Shown here: positions 1 to 13,349 of the stretch, in pieces | Numbering within the stretch: the first letter of the stretch is position 1 | How the letters are laid out: the number at the start of each line of letters is the position of its first letter | NCBI GenBank assembly: GCA_951406725.2 | Contig: OX597821.1 | Location: forward strand, 90,892,001 to 90,956,000 | DNA: 64,000 nucleotides | Direction of reading: 5' to 3' | Origin: Octopus vulgaris | Taxonomy: Eukaryota | Notes under the pieces: model-generated | The model's input: only the letters and a program-made list of their open reading frames with translations | Database searches by the model: none | What the model was told of the DNA's origin: nothing | Program-made: the position numbers and the translations under genes

Positions 1-347
1 TCTTTACTTGTCTAACTATACAGCTATACCAAAGTGGACGTTATAACAGTCTGACTTTGACTTACAACACATACATACATGCATACATACATACATAAAT
101 ACATACATATATACATACATACATATAGTTGGAATTTAAAAAAAGAACAAAAGATGAAGACAGTTTTATAAACAACAAACAGGTGTATTAGTTTAATGCT
201 CAGGAGGTGAGAAAGTCTTTTATGGTTTGAGCCTACACTCTTCAACAGAAAGGAACTCGAGAAAATAAGCAGAGAGAATAATAAAAGCTTTAGTATATAC
301 ATATATATATATATATACATACATGTGTGTGTGTGCATGTATGTATC

Positions 348-570
348 ATCATCGTCATCATCATCATCATCATCATCAACAACAGCATTTTACTGCTTTC
401 CATGCTGTCAAGGGTTGGATGGCTTGACAGGAACTGGCTTGATTTCAATGACTGGATGCCCTCCTTAATGCCAGCCATTGTACAAAGTGTACTGGGTGAT
501 TTTTACATGCCCCCATCGCCTGTGCTTTTTACATGGCATCAATACTCACACCAATGCTGTTTATGTGGAA
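348..570 (-). mobile_element. RTE-type LINE 3' UTR fragment with (GAT)n tail, degenerate
   Basis: (CAT)n followed by ttccatgctg..gggttggatgg..ggatgccctcctta; same family as 4670, 27567, 36904, 43060 and 45896. Confidence 0.6.
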
Positions 571-573
571 CCT

Positions 574-622
<49 letters not shown>

Positions 623-1262
623 ACACACACACATATAACAAGAATTAACTGTACTGTGAAAGAGGTTACGAAATATGACAGCAGTGTATTGCACTCTGAA
701 AGTGAATAGTATCTTTGGAAAAGTCACAAAAATAGTGATCATGGTACTGACTCTGATACATGCACTTTTATATCTACTAATGCTGCTTCCCTATTTTTTA
801 TTACTCTCTATAACTCATTTCCTCATTACCATTGCTCTTTATTACCTTTATTACCTTTGCATTTGACTCTCGTTGTTCACCTGGCCCAACTTATGAATCA
901 CTTGTACCCAGTGCAATCTACTCTACATTTCTCCTTCCTCTCCTGTATTACCTGTCCTTACCTTCTAATTCTGCCATCATACTCTTGAACGACTCTTTGA
1001 ACCACTCTAGCTTCACCTGTCTTTACCTTCCCACCCTGTACTGTCCTATCACCACTCTGTCTCACTCTGTCTGCTACTGCACTGCTGGTCCTTCTCTCCT
1101 ACATGTTCTAGGTCTTCATCATTGCTCTGTTTCCTGGCTCAGTGGTGAATAGTTTTAACCAGATAGTCTTAGATATATGTACATACCTCAAAATACTGAA
1201 TATCTCTACCCATCCTTTTGTCTATTTACAATTGATGACATTGGCCCATTTGTGCCCACTAA

Positions 1263-1493
1263 GGCAGCGAGCTGGCAGAAACATTAGCACGCCGGGCGAA
1301 ATGCGTAGCCGTATTTCGTCTGTCGTTACATTCTGAGTTCAAATTGTGCCGAGGTCGACTTTGCTTTTCATCCTTTCGGGGTCGATAAATAAAGTACCAG
1401 TTTCCCACTGGAGTCGATGTAATCGACTTAATCCCTTTGTCTGTCCTTGTTTGACCCCTCTATGTTTAGCCCCTTGTGGGCAGTAAAGAAATA
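1263..1493 (+). mobile_element. tRNA-derived SINE family A, full length
   Basis: ggcagcgagctggcagaa head, gagttcaaatt B-box, gcttttcatcctttcggggtcgataaataaagtaccag central domain; 16-bp TSD catttgtgcccactaa at 1247-1262 and 1494-1509. Confidence 0.9.
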
Positions 1494-1990
1494 CATTTGT
1501 GCCCACTAACCTCACACTACCTTCCTGTTTTTCATTTCATCCTGCCGTCTTAGTTTGTCTGTCACCATATACTAGCTCTTTCCCTCCCTTCATTATACAC
1601 CTCTAACATTATTTTTACCTCCTGGGTCACCTTTCCTTCAATAATTGTCTTATTTTCTGTGCTATGTCCTGGTGATATGTACCATTCTTAAGAATACTGA
1701 GTACCCTTAATACTCATGCCCCTATCATACATCTCTATTTCCTACCATCAATACCATTACTTCCTCTATCACTCATGTATCTTACTCTGTAAAGAAATTG
1801 GTGAGTGAATAGACACATGGCATTGTAATATCCCTTCAGATATGTCATGGACAAGACTACAGTCCCAGTGTTTGAACCACAAAACTCACACCTAATTCTT
1901 TCCTGTAAAGAGAGGAAGTGAGAAATAGAGAGCTGGGAGGATAATAAAAAGTGGGGAGACAGTATTAGTGGATTTAACAGTACATAGATC

Positions 1991-2310
1991 CAGGGGCGGA
2001 TTAAGACCCATAGAGGCCCTATGCACCTAAAAGGTTTTGGTGCCCCCATATATATGTAATTCAAATAATAAACAGTAATAAACCATAACATATAAGTGAG
2101 ATGGAAAATAATGTTTATTTTTGTATATTTCCACTTTACTTATATTTGAAATGTTTTCTCCCACATTATTTAATTGCAGTCTTTGATCAGCTCCTGATAA
2201 TTAATCTCATTGCTTCTATTCTTTATAGAGATAAGGCAACCCGAATATTATTTTAGCAAGTTTAAAGCAATTTTTTTGTACCGTAAAACATTTACCATTT
2301 CTGCTCTTCC
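1991..2310 (-). mobile_element. hAT-like DNA transposon end with transposase C-terminal remnant
   Basis: Terminal caggggcggatt motif; minus strand reads ALISIKNRSNEINYQELIKD, resembling the end of the hAT dimerisation region. Confidence 0.45.
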
Positions 2311-2728
2311 TTTACTCTCTCTTTTACTCTTTTGCTTGTTTCAGTCATTTGACTGCAGCCATGCTGGAGCACCGCCTTTAATCGAGCAACTCGACCCCGG
2401 GACTTATTCTTTTGTAAGCCCAGTACTTATTCTATCGGTCTCTTTTGCCGAACCGCTAAGTAACGGGGACATAAACACACCAGCATTGGTTGTCAAGCAA
2501 TGCTAGGGGGACAAACACAGACACACAAACACACACACACACACATATATATATATACATATATACGACGGGCTTCTTTCAGTTCCCGTCTACCAAATCC
2601 ACTCACAAGGCTTTGGCCAGCTCGAGGCTATAGTAGAAGACACTTGCCCAACGTGCCACGCAGTGGGACTGAACCCGGAACCATGTGGTTGGTAAACAAG
2701 CTCCTTACCACACAGCCACTCTTGTGCC
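2311..2728 (-). mobile_element. tRNA-derived CORE-like SINE family B, full length
   Basis: Reverse complement of the 34990 copy; CORE-like gcgtggcac.ttgggcaagtgtctt, internal (TA)/(TG) tract, (gagtaaaa)n tail. Confidence 0.9.
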
Positions 2729-3090
2729 TAAGCATGTGCTTATTTTGCAGAATGGTTAATCCAGCACTGCATGTATCTCTTTCTGTAAGTTTGTGAGGAT
2801 CCTTTAGTCTTCTCAAGAGTGTAACTGATTTCTAATGCTGATACCATGAAAGCAACCACTCAGTACATCCTGTATAGTGGTTAGTGTTAGGGGTTCAGCT
2901 TTAGAAATCAAACGAGAAATGAACCACATAAGTGAGATGCAGTCCTCCATCCCATCTAAGGGAGTAGCTGATTCTGACCATTGCAATCTTGCTTATTCAT
3001 GTCAATGCCAGCATGGAAACTGGACATAAAAAGATGATAATATGTACACGCGTGCATGTGTGTGTATGTGCGTGCATATTTATGTATATA

Positions 3091-3506
3091 TACTCTTTTA
3101 CTCTTTTACTTGTTTCAGTCATTTGACTGCGGCCATGCTGGAGCACCGCCTTTAGTCGAGCAACTCGACCCCGGGACTTATTCTTTTGTAAGCCCAGTAC
3201 TTATTCTATCGGTCTCTTTTGCCGAACCGCTAAGTGACGGGGACATAAACAAACCAGCATCGGTTGTCAAGCAATGCTAGGGGGACAAACACAGACACAC
3301 AAACATACACACACACATACATATATATATATACATATATACGACGGGCTTCTTTTCAGTTTCCACCTACCAAATCCACTCACAAGGCTTTGGTCGGACC
3401 GAGGCTATTAGTAGAAGACACTTGCCCAAGGTGCCACACAGTGGGACTGAACCCAGAACCATGTGGTTGGTAAGCAAGCTACTTACCACACAGCCACTCC
3501 TGCGCC
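3091..3506 (-). mobile_element. SINE family B, full length
   Basis: Near-identical to 2311-2728. Confidence 0.9.
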
Positions 3507-4669
3507 TATATGTATACACACACACACACATAAGTATATGTATGTGTGTATGTGTGTGTGTGTATATATATGTGTGTGTTTAGAGAAAGAGAGAGACAAA
3601 ACAAGAGAATTAGGAGAGCCACATATATGTTTGTAAGTGTGTTTATATATTATCGTTTATTTTTATTATTATTATTATTAACATTGTTACATCAATAAAG
3701 ATTGTCTTTGGTTTCCTCTGCTCTACATTGCTGTCAATACATTCTCCTATATTTCTCTACGTTACCTGCAACAAACCTCATGTTTTCAACATAAAACAAT
3801 ACATTTATATATTTATTTGTTTTCTTTAATTCCCTAATAGGAAGATGACATTACAAGAAAGAGACATGTCAAACTGAATTACAAGTAGATCAATATCTAC
3901 AAAAATATATTGATCTTCTTGACAATGTAAACTTTTGTCTATTTAGTTGATCAAGACTGTTATTGTCATTAAGTATTTAGACATTTTTTAGTTTTTTCTT
4001 CCTTTTTAGGTTTATCATTGAAACTAAAAAGCATTTCTACATATTTCCTGAAATACTGTTAGTTTTTTTCTTAGAGGATGATCAGAAGGAAGGGGATATA
4101 TTCATCACCTTTACTGGTCCTTTAAGACTGGTAAGATTGATGGATTGATAGGGTACATGTTCAGTATGAATATCTACAAGGGAATGACTACATTAGAAAT
4201 GTGAGCAGGAAGGAAATTCTAGAGTGAGGAAGAAGTGGGCCTGTTTGTTCAGAGACTGGTAACAGAGTGGTAGATATAGCATGAGATATACAAGATAGAA
4301 AGTCCCATGTGCTTGTGTGTTTGTGCACATGTAGGAATGTGTTACACTACATTACAGAGTCAGTTGACTGAATTGTTTGTATGTCTAATAGAGTAATAAT
4401 GTGATATTTGATCAGCTCTCTGCACCCTCTGTCAACATTTTGGCAAAGTCAACTTTGCCAATAACCAGGGGCAGTGGATTAGTAGAACTACTGGAATACC
4501 AGATGAGATGACTCTGGGGTCACATGTTTTGGACTTTTGTGTTCTGAATGCAAAGCCATACAATGACCCTTGGTGATGATTTTTCCTTTGGAAAACATCA
4601 TTTGTATGGAAACGAAAGACTTCTATGCTAGTATTTCACAGAAAAAATCATACCCAGGCCTGTATAATC

Positions 4670-5040
4670 CTCATCATCATCACAACATCGTTTAACGTCC
4701 GCTTTCCATGGTAGTATTGGTTGGATGATTTAACTGCGGTCTGGCGAACCAGATGGCTGCACCAGACTCCAATCTGATCAGGCAGAGTTTCTACAGCTGG
4801 ATGCCCTTCCTAACATCAACCACTCCGAGAGTGTAGTGGGTGCTTTTATGTGCCACCGGCACAAGGGCCAGTCAGGTGGTACTGGCAACGGCCATGCTCA
4901 AATGGTGCTTTTTATGTGCCACCTGCACAGGAGCCAGTCCAGTGGCACTGGTAACGACCTTGCTCGAATGTTTTTTCACGTGCCACCAGCACAAGTGCCA
5001 ATAAGGTGATACCGGTAACACTCACGCTCGAATGGTGGAA
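4670..5040 (-). mobile_element. RTE LINE 3' UTR fragment
   Basis: catcatc..tttaacgtccgctttccatg..ctacagctggatgcccttcctaac..gtgccaccggcac motifs shared with other copies. Confidence 0.75.
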
Positions 5041-5559
5041 CAGTCAGTGATGAGCAACAAAGGTCTAAGGTATGAAAGCAGCTAGCTCAACAAAATAACA
5101 AACTAAAACAAATTTTAGCAGCAAAAAATATCAACATAAAATGGAAATGTTTATGATGACAATCTATTTTTTGTTTCCTAACTCATTAGTAAATCTGAAT
5201 TTGCAACCTCCAGCAGTTTTTATATTGGAGCAAGCATTTAAGTAAACAAGTAACAGACAATATTTTGGTGACACTGAGTAAATAAGATGCAGTGAAGAAA
5301 ATGTTGATAAAGGTGTATACAAATTAAGTTAATGGGTGGATGAATCCATGATAGGGTCAACAAATATCTTGAGATAGCTGAGACAAGCAAGTATTAACTT
5401 GGAAAATTTCCAAAAGAGTACCTCGAAGGAATATGTATGATGTATGTGCATTGTAGCTTCAGAATAAGTACAAAGTGTACCTGGATGTTGTATGACGTAA
5501 TGAAATGTGCTGGTAATATGAAATACCTTGCAAAGGTGATAAGCTGGCAGAATTATATT

Positions 5560-5750
5560 TACACGCTGGGCAAAATGCTTAGCAGCTTTCGTACATTTTT
5601 ACATTCTAAATTCAAATTCTCAGAAAGTCGAATTCGCCTTTCATCATTTTGGTATCGCTGAAATAAACACCAATTGAGCACTGATGTCGATGTAAACATT
5701 TTACCTTTTCTCTCGAAATTTCTTGCCTTATGTCAAAAATTGAAACCAAT
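5560..5750 (+). mobile_element. Degenerate SINE family A
   Basis: acacgctgggcaaaatgcttagc..ttcaaattc..gcctttcatc. Confidence 0.6.
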
Positions 5751-6313
5751 ATGAAGAGCATTGTCACATAAAACATTGGTTCATCAGAAAAAAACCCTTA
5801 TTACTCATAAGAGTATGGGAAAATATATAAAATATCAACACACATAAAGACACAAACACACACACACACACAAACATGCATGCACACACGAATGTATATG
5901 TACGAATACTGATGCAAATGTGTCTTGACAATTGTTTATGCTACTGGGATAATACTGATAAGGTCGGGTTTTCGATTTTTCAACCAGGCAAAGCGCTTTA
6001 TCATTTTATGTTGCTTCAGCATACTCAGCTAAAAGGGAATATTAACTAAATGCTGGTGCATTCTAATCCCCTTCCAAGCAAGCCAATTCAAAATGTCCAG
6101 TTGGGTCAAGGCTGAGACGGCCAAGTGGGTGTCGAAATCTGCACATGATGACATAGACACCTAAAACATTTAGCAAAAACATAGGAGAAGCAAACAGGTC
6201 ACACTGCTGGAAAATCTCTACTAATCCTTTAAATATATCAATATAACTATTTATCTCTCCCTGTCTTTCTCTTTCCCTCTATCCCTGTATGTGTGTGCAT
6301 ATGCAGTGTATAT

Positions 6314-6478
6314 ATCTCCTTGTTTCTCTCCTTGTTTTTTTATGTGTCCCTTTCTGTAGAAGAGCGTAGGCTCGAAACGTAAAAGACTTTTTCTATTCCT
6401 GAGCGCTATCCTAATACATCTGTTTGTTTTGTACACCACCTGTCTTCGTCTTTTGTTTTTTTTCGTAAACTCTCCCCC

Positions 6479-6510
<32 letters not shown>

Positions 6511-6728
6511 AGACTAATTTCATCATGTATTTCATCATGTTGAACCTTTAATCCCTACATATTTTTGTCTCTCCGTTTTTTCCGTTCTCTCTCCATTTTT
6601 TCCTCTCAACTTCTTCTGCTGAAGAGCGTAGGCTCAGAAAGTCAATGACTTTTCCATTCATCCCGAGCATCAAACTAATACACCTGTTTGTTTTTCCCTC
6701 ATCTTAGTCTTTTTGTTTTATGTAAATT
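6314..6728 (+). mobile_element. Two tandem PLE pseudo-LTR-like modules, each with a hammerhead-like motif, ending at (TA)n
   Basis: Repeated gaagagcgtaggctc..gactttt..cctgagc..ctaatac..tgtttgtttt at ~6350-6480 and ~6610-6728. Confidence 0.6.
6350..6385 (+). ncRNA. Minimal type-I hammerhead ribozyme motif (A6U variant)
   Basis: cttt-CTGTAGA-a-GAGC gtag GCTC-GAAA-cg-TA-aaag: stem I cttt/aaag, stem II 4 bp, palindromic ACGT in place of stem III. Confidence 0.6.
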
Positions 6729-6738
6729 TGAGTATATG

Positions 6739-6811
<73 letters not shown>

Positions 6812-6819
6812 GTATATGT

Positions 6820-6940
6820 AAAAAAATACAAACTGGGACAAGAACGCAAAACCTTTAGAAGACGATACAAAAAACACGGACGGGACATTCGAAGCCGTCA
6901 ATCTTCAGTCAAGAACCGGATCATCCTCGCAATTTCGGCT
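6820..6940 (-). mobile_element. (TA)n-flanked dispersed repeat, second copy at ~57880-58158
   Basis: aaactgggacaagaacg..gacgggacattcgaagcc..caagaaccggatcatc.tcgcaatttcggct is the reverse complement of 58038-58155. Confidence 0.7.
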
Positions 6941-7799
6941 ATATAATAATGATTATATGCCAACATAACGTGGCAGTCCTGTGAAGGACGATATTACTGT
7001 TGTTTTTGCACCAGGAAAACATCTTTTCCAACTGGCTAACGACACAATCTGTATCCGTATATAGCATTTGCAAGGGAGGTCATCGCTCCCATATCTAGCC
7101 TTACGTGATACTTACAGAGTTAGGTTCCTGGATGTTATCCGTCCTCAGTGTGAGACAATCACCAGCTAGTGACAAAAGCTATCTTCACTCGCAAATACTA
7201 CATATATATATATATTCCCTGTAGTGCATAGACACGTGCTTCTAAGGGATTTTAACTTCTATTTCTAGTAATGCAGGTGCTACCCTGCACTGCCAGTCAC
7301 AATTAGTGACAATTGAATCTTTCCTTTTTCGTTTATATTGCCTATAGCCGCCATTGTTGTTTTATATACAAACACTCATATATAGATATGTGTGTATTTG
7401 TGTATATACAAATAAAAATATATATACATATGAGTAAAAGTTAATGGTTGTATAGAGTGAAATACATTACTAATGGTAGAAAAAATTCAGATGTGATAGA
7501 GGTATCATTTCTTTCTATATTCATATACAGATATATAAGTCTGAAATTTCCTAAGGGAATGATAGAATACAACTTCAATTTCTGCATCTTGTTTTTGTTG
7601 TTATTGTTATCTAACGTTAGAGAATCCATCTTTATCTAACACACGCTCATTCAGAGAGATACATATATACATATGCATAAATGTACGCATGCGCACATAA
7701 AGTATGTACACGCACATGTATGGAATAAATACAAGAGTTGCTAAAATAAAAGAGAAACTTGAGAAAATAAGCAAAAAAAGTAGTTCTTTTATCCCTCCA

Positions 7800-8560
7800 A
7801 ATAGAAAATTTTTAAGAAGTAGGAATTATTCTCCTTTGGTCATTATTGTTTCTTACTGGAGAGTTTCTTTTTATGCTTTTTAATAAAATGTCCATTATCA
7901 AATAATATGCTCGATAGTCTTTTAAGCGTTGCTAAAACAAAACATGAAAATTGAATTTGGTGTCGCTGCAAAATTGCAATATATGCTGAGAGATATTTTC
8001 CTTAGTTCCGGGTAACACATGTGTTGCTTATGTAACCTCATTCTTTCAGATAATAAGTTTCTGGTCTTACCATTGTCATTCTTCTTACAACCGGAGTTGG
8101 TTACGTGATATATGAGGTTTTCTGCTTTACAGTTCATGTCTGCATTTTTCCTGAAGTATCACCCATTTATGAATTTTATCTAGGAAACAGTTTCTAAGTG
8201 GTTTTATATTCGCTACTGCACATTCTGCATCGTTATCACCACAATATCAAACGGAAGAATTGTGGGTTACCTTCTGAAGGGAAGTTTTCATCTGTAATGT
8301 ATTTGTTGAAGTTTCCTGGATGAAGCGCTTACTGTTAATGATGAGGTTTCAAGAACTGCATCCTTCATGTTCATGCTTTGTAAAACGGTTGGGAGATTAG
8401 GTTTGACAGAATTGTATATGTTTGATAATCCTGGATAATAGGTGTTGGCAAATTAGATTATATATTCTTGAGCCATTTGTTTTGGTATCCTGAGTTGAGG
8501 TATATCTTAGTTGCTTTTAAAATACCCTGTTATCTATTATATATGCCGTATATTCGATTC
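7800..8560 (-). mobile_element. Decayed Penelope-like element (Neptune-type), linker and GIY-YIG region
   Basis: ORF 7922-8137 MNCKAENLIYHVTNSGC..GKT..LSERMRLHKQH matches the GIY-YIG endonuclease of the PLEs at 9220 and 13856; frameshifted. Confidence 0.75.
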
Positions 8561-9219
8561 TCTGACCAAGTAGCATGTTGTATCCTTCAGAAATGTGCTC
8601 AATTTCACATTGCACCAGAACTCAGCTGAGAAAATGTTACATTGACACTTAAGCTTAAAACCCTCTTAAGCTTGTAGGCACATGGAAGAAACAGACTATG
8701 TATGTATGCATGAATTTCTGTCTCTATCTACCTATCTACCTATCAATTTGTTTGACTATCTGTCTATACATATAAGTTCTGTAACTCTTAGTATTTTTAC
8801 TTTATATTCCAACAGTATTACATATGCAACTTAAGCCGGTAGTAGCCTCCCCCCTTGCGTAAATAGGCATGTACCACTAACTATTATAACTCTTCTAATT
8901 GTATAACTAAATTTTTCAGTCGGTCGAAAGGTTTTCAGAGCAATAGCATGTAACATCAATTAGTATATCCTTATTTTCTCTTTTTCGTTTTCTTTTCTTT
9001 TTCTTTATTTTTCCGATCTGATAAAGTTCCATTATTTTAGTTGGTATAATTATTAACAGTGATAATAATTATTATTGTAATAATTAAGCCTGAATATGCC
9101 TAAAATAGCGCGAACAGAAACAGCTGTTAGATGAGTTATTGTCTTTCTCTATAATCAATAAATAATAATTGATGCTTATCAATTATCATTTTTATCTCCG
9201 CTTTCTTATTTTTCTTCAA

Positions 9220-10828
9220 ATGGAATAGAAGCAATCCGGTTCTGGCTGGACAAATATCCAGAAGAAATACCAGAAAGGATCAACAAAGATTTCATAATCG
9301 AATCAATAAGAGTCATCCTTCAAAACAACCACTTCATGTTCGACACCACTATTTATCACCAAAAATCCAGAATTGCCATAGGAACCAGGACAACCCGGAC
9401 TATTGCCAACCTATCAATGGGCTATTTAGAAATAACAATATGTTAGGAGTCATTTTCTAATTTTGGAAACCCTCTTTTCCAATACATAAAAGAAAATTGG
9501 AAAAGATTTTTGGACGATTGCTTCATCCTCTGGAATGATAACACAGACAAACATCTGGAATTCAAAAGACTATTTAATAGCATTAACACAAACATACAAT
9601 TTACAATGGAACACAACCAAGAGGAACTCCCGTTCCTTGGCATACAGGTTAAAAATAAACAAAAAATAGAAACGGACATTTTTTTACACAACCACAGGCG
9701 CTAAACAGTATCTATTATTTAGCTCATGCCACTCGAGACATAGCAAAACAAATATCCCTTTCAACATTACAAGAAGGATTTGCACCATAGTGTTCGACAA
9801 AATACAAGAGGACTAAGATTGAAAAAGCTTAAAAATGTACTCCAGGACAGACACTACTCAATTCAATTCACAAATGAAGGGTTTAAACGTGCAAAATGGA
9901 TTGACATAGAAACATTAAGAAAAATCTAACACAAAAAAGAAACACACCTAGTCTGAAAACACTACTTTATGTCTCCACATGCAACCCCAGAAACAAAGAA
10001 GCATTTAACATCATTGTCCCAAATCTCCCAATACTCCATAAGGACTCCAAATTGAAGGAAACTCTACGTACCCATAAGATCATTAAAAACACCAAGCAAC
10101 CAAAGACGTTAAAGAAGATCCTTACAAGTGCTAGTTTATTTTCAAGAATAACGGACGCAAGGGTAAAAAACCTGTGGTCGTCCTAACTGCGGTACATGTC
10201 CCAATCTTTTGGAAGGATCAGAGTTCCATTTATACAAGGGCAAAAATTCAAAGTTAAATCCAACTTCACTTGTGCCTCTGAAAAACTCCTTTATGTTATC
10301 AGATGCTCGGGCAGCTATGAAAACTACATAGGGTCGACAGACATGTCGATCAGATGGTGATGTACGGTCCACAGACAACAGATATCCTCCCCACAATATT
10401 GCCAGATATATATCTCAGTGATAACATTGACAGATGTACAGAAAAACCGACTATAATTCCTAATTTTTCCATTATATCAATTTGCTATTTGGATCCCAAC
10501 ACAAGTACGACTAAATAAAGAGGCCTCCATTTTCGAAAAATATAAGCTGGAATTAAATATAAACCCATATTGAAAGTTAAAGATTTACCCCAAATATAGA
10601 AAGAATCAAATGTAGATCAATATTAAAAATTACAGATTTACCTCCCATTTATTGTAAAATACCTTGGTTACCAATCATTCACCCTATCAAACACAATGTC
10701 AAATTCAGAAATTCAACCAAAACTCATAATTCGAAAAGCGATAGGAAAAACTTTTGTACAATATTGTGTAATACTTTTATATTCTTTAGTCTTTTAAAAC
10801 AAATCTGGGTTTTCTTCATCTTATTTCT

Positions 10829-10830
<2 letters not shown>
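9220..10830 (+). mobile_element. 5'-truncated, decayed Penelope-like element (Neptune-type): RT C-terminal half, Cys motif, GIY-YIG, 3' UTR ending at (TA)n
   Basis: Reads IAIGTR..IANLSMGYLE, WKRFLDDCFILW (RT catalytic DD), IQFTME..ELPFL, CGRPNCGTC, FTCASEKLLYVIRCSG..YIG; several stops and frameshifts. Confidence 0.9.
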
Positions 10831-10909
<79 letters not shown>

Positions 10910-10917
10910 TATAGATG

Positions 10918-10965
<48 letters not shown>

Positions 10966-12029
10966 TACATGTGTGTGTGTGTGTATGGTGGGGGTGTAGA
11001 TAAATTGAAAGCATGCAATAAAGGCTTGACATATATGTCAATGAATGCAAAGGACAAATGAAATTTAAATAAAAATTATACATTTTTATGTGAAATAGCC
11101 GGAAAGATGTTATCTTTTACAACAAACAACCGGAAAGATGTTAAAATACATTCCAGCTATATGTTTTGCATTTAAATTATACTACAATGATTTTTAATAA
11201 TTGCTCTCACCGGCCTAAAATACCATGAGTTACGTATTGTAACAAGAGGTATGGCAAATTGCGTAATGGCATAAAACAAAATGACGCTAATGAAAGCTTA
11301 GGTAAATTTTTCCTATGTTTTCGTGGATAGCTTTCACCACAGACCTGCCCAATCGTATTTGTTCAAGGGTATATTAATAGAAAGACTATTTAGGAAGGTT
11401 GCGATTGTAAAAGATAGAAGAGACTGACAGATGGGCGTAATCACAGGCGGAGATGGGCGTAATCACAGGCAATTGACAGACAAGAGAAAGTAGAGTGCTT
11501 TCACCTGTGACGCTATTCCCTAAGAGCTGAAGTGGATGGCCAGACCCACCAAATATGAAGTGTCTGGATCATTATGTAAACTAATTCGTACTATGGGCAC
11601 TGATTTTCTTAGTCCTACACTTACTCTTTCTCATCTAAGCACAACCATAAAAAATGCCGCTACTACTGTCCAGTGTTACTCTATTATTTCACGTCCGTTC
11701 ATCAGTCCAAAACATAATCTTATCAATAAAGAGATTAGGAATGGAAAATGAATAGTTACTCTTTTTATACACCAAACAAACAACGCATGCCATGAAACAT
11801 ATTTAAACTTCCCATTGTTATTTGATTCTTAAACTGGTTACCCAAATTACTTTACTTAGTAAACAATAATGGATCTGATATTATTGTCGTTGAGGATGAT
11901 AAAATAAAATAAATACAGGCCCCCGTTGGTGAGCCAGCTTCTGTGCTGTACAATCTTATGAGAAAGTAGAAAATGGACAAGAGTAGAAATTCAGTACTCA
12001 AAATACAGTTGTGGCCCCCCTCCCACTAC

Positions 12030-12210
12030 TTGACAACCGGCGTTGGCTTGCCCAGGCACCTTTAACTTAGCACTTCAGCGACTACAAGAACGATATGTTA
12101 AGTGCCTGGCTTGGAGCAAAAGAATAGGCAGAGGGTTGATTTATTGGACAAAACACTTCAAGGCCGGGCTCCAGTATGGCCGCAGTCCAATGAGTGAAAC
12201 AAGATAAAGG
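12030..12210 (+). mobile_element. 3' part of SINE family B, degenerate
   Basis: ttgacaaccggcgttgg..ctccagtatggccgcagtccaatgagtgaaacaag. Confidence 0.6.
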
Positions 12211-12258
<48 letters not shown>

Positions 12259-12261
<3 letters not shown>

Positions 12262-12322
12262 AACGCATTGTGACCAGTGATGTGTAACAACAACTGATGG
12301 TCTGATCGGTCACGTGATCACG
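12259..12322. repeat. Short (TA)n-flanked dispersed repeat, second copy at ~49432-49515
   Basis: gcgaacgcattgt.accag.gatgtgta.caaca.ctgatgg.ctg.tcggt..cgtgatc present twice. Confidence 0.65.
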
Positions 12323-12353
<31 letters not shown>

Positions 12354-12355
12354 TA

Positions 12356-12395
<40 letters not shown>

Positions 12396-13218
12396 CATGC
12401 ATACTTATATATGCATATTCATATACGTATATACGTACATTCACACAGATACACTCGCTCTCTCTTTCTCTCTCACACAAACATACACACATGCTTGCAT
12501 CTATGTCTGTATACACGGGTATTTACCTACAAAATACATTTAATCCATTATGCAAGTGAATACACACTCATTGAAATACCTGAGAATCTTCTGCACTCGT
12601 TCAACTTTCTTTTTTACATTTGTGTGTCTAACTTAATAGATTTACCTGTATAGTCTGCTCCATCATTCTATTTCCTTTTCATCTATCACAAATACCTACC
12701 TCATACCTACCTATTCATCTGTTTGTGTTTATATAAACAAGTGCAAACTTACTTCTTAATTACTGTGTTTCTGTTTAATATTTCTTTTTTAACCTGAGCT
12801 GCCATCACACATGCTACCAATTGTCATGCATCTAAATTTAATTTTTGGCGTTCTTTTTTCTCTCTCTCTCGTGAAAGAATAATGCACACGCGGTTGCATG
12901 TCAAAGGATTTCAGAATACATCACTCACTCACTCACTCACTCACTCACTCTGTCTCTATTTATCTTTCTCTACATATATCTGTGTGTGCATTTATATGCA
13001 CACACACACACATACATATATGTATCTGTATTTGTCGGTGTGTGTGTGCGTGTGAGCGTGTGTTTATAAATATATCTATGTACATACAAATTTATTATAT
13101 ATATATCATATATATGTACGAACGCACGAAACTCACGTGTCTTGAACCATACAGTATGTATGCATGCTTGTATGCATGAATGTGCGTATGTGTGTGTGTG
13201 TGTATGTATGTATGCTTG

Positions 13219-13275
<57 letters not shown>

Positions 13276-13349
13276 ACACACTTGGAAATGGAAAAGTGGC
13301 GTTCAATTGAATAATAAATAGTAAATAATACATATACACATACATATCT

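Noticed and set aside
3841-3926. Possible coding exon after ttccctaatAG
   Set aside because: Stops in all three frames before the next plausible donor
9220-10570. Selenoprotein-type (Naiad) PLE with read-through TGA
   Set aside because: GIY-YIG is C-terminal and the interruptions are mixed stops and frameshifts, i.e. decay
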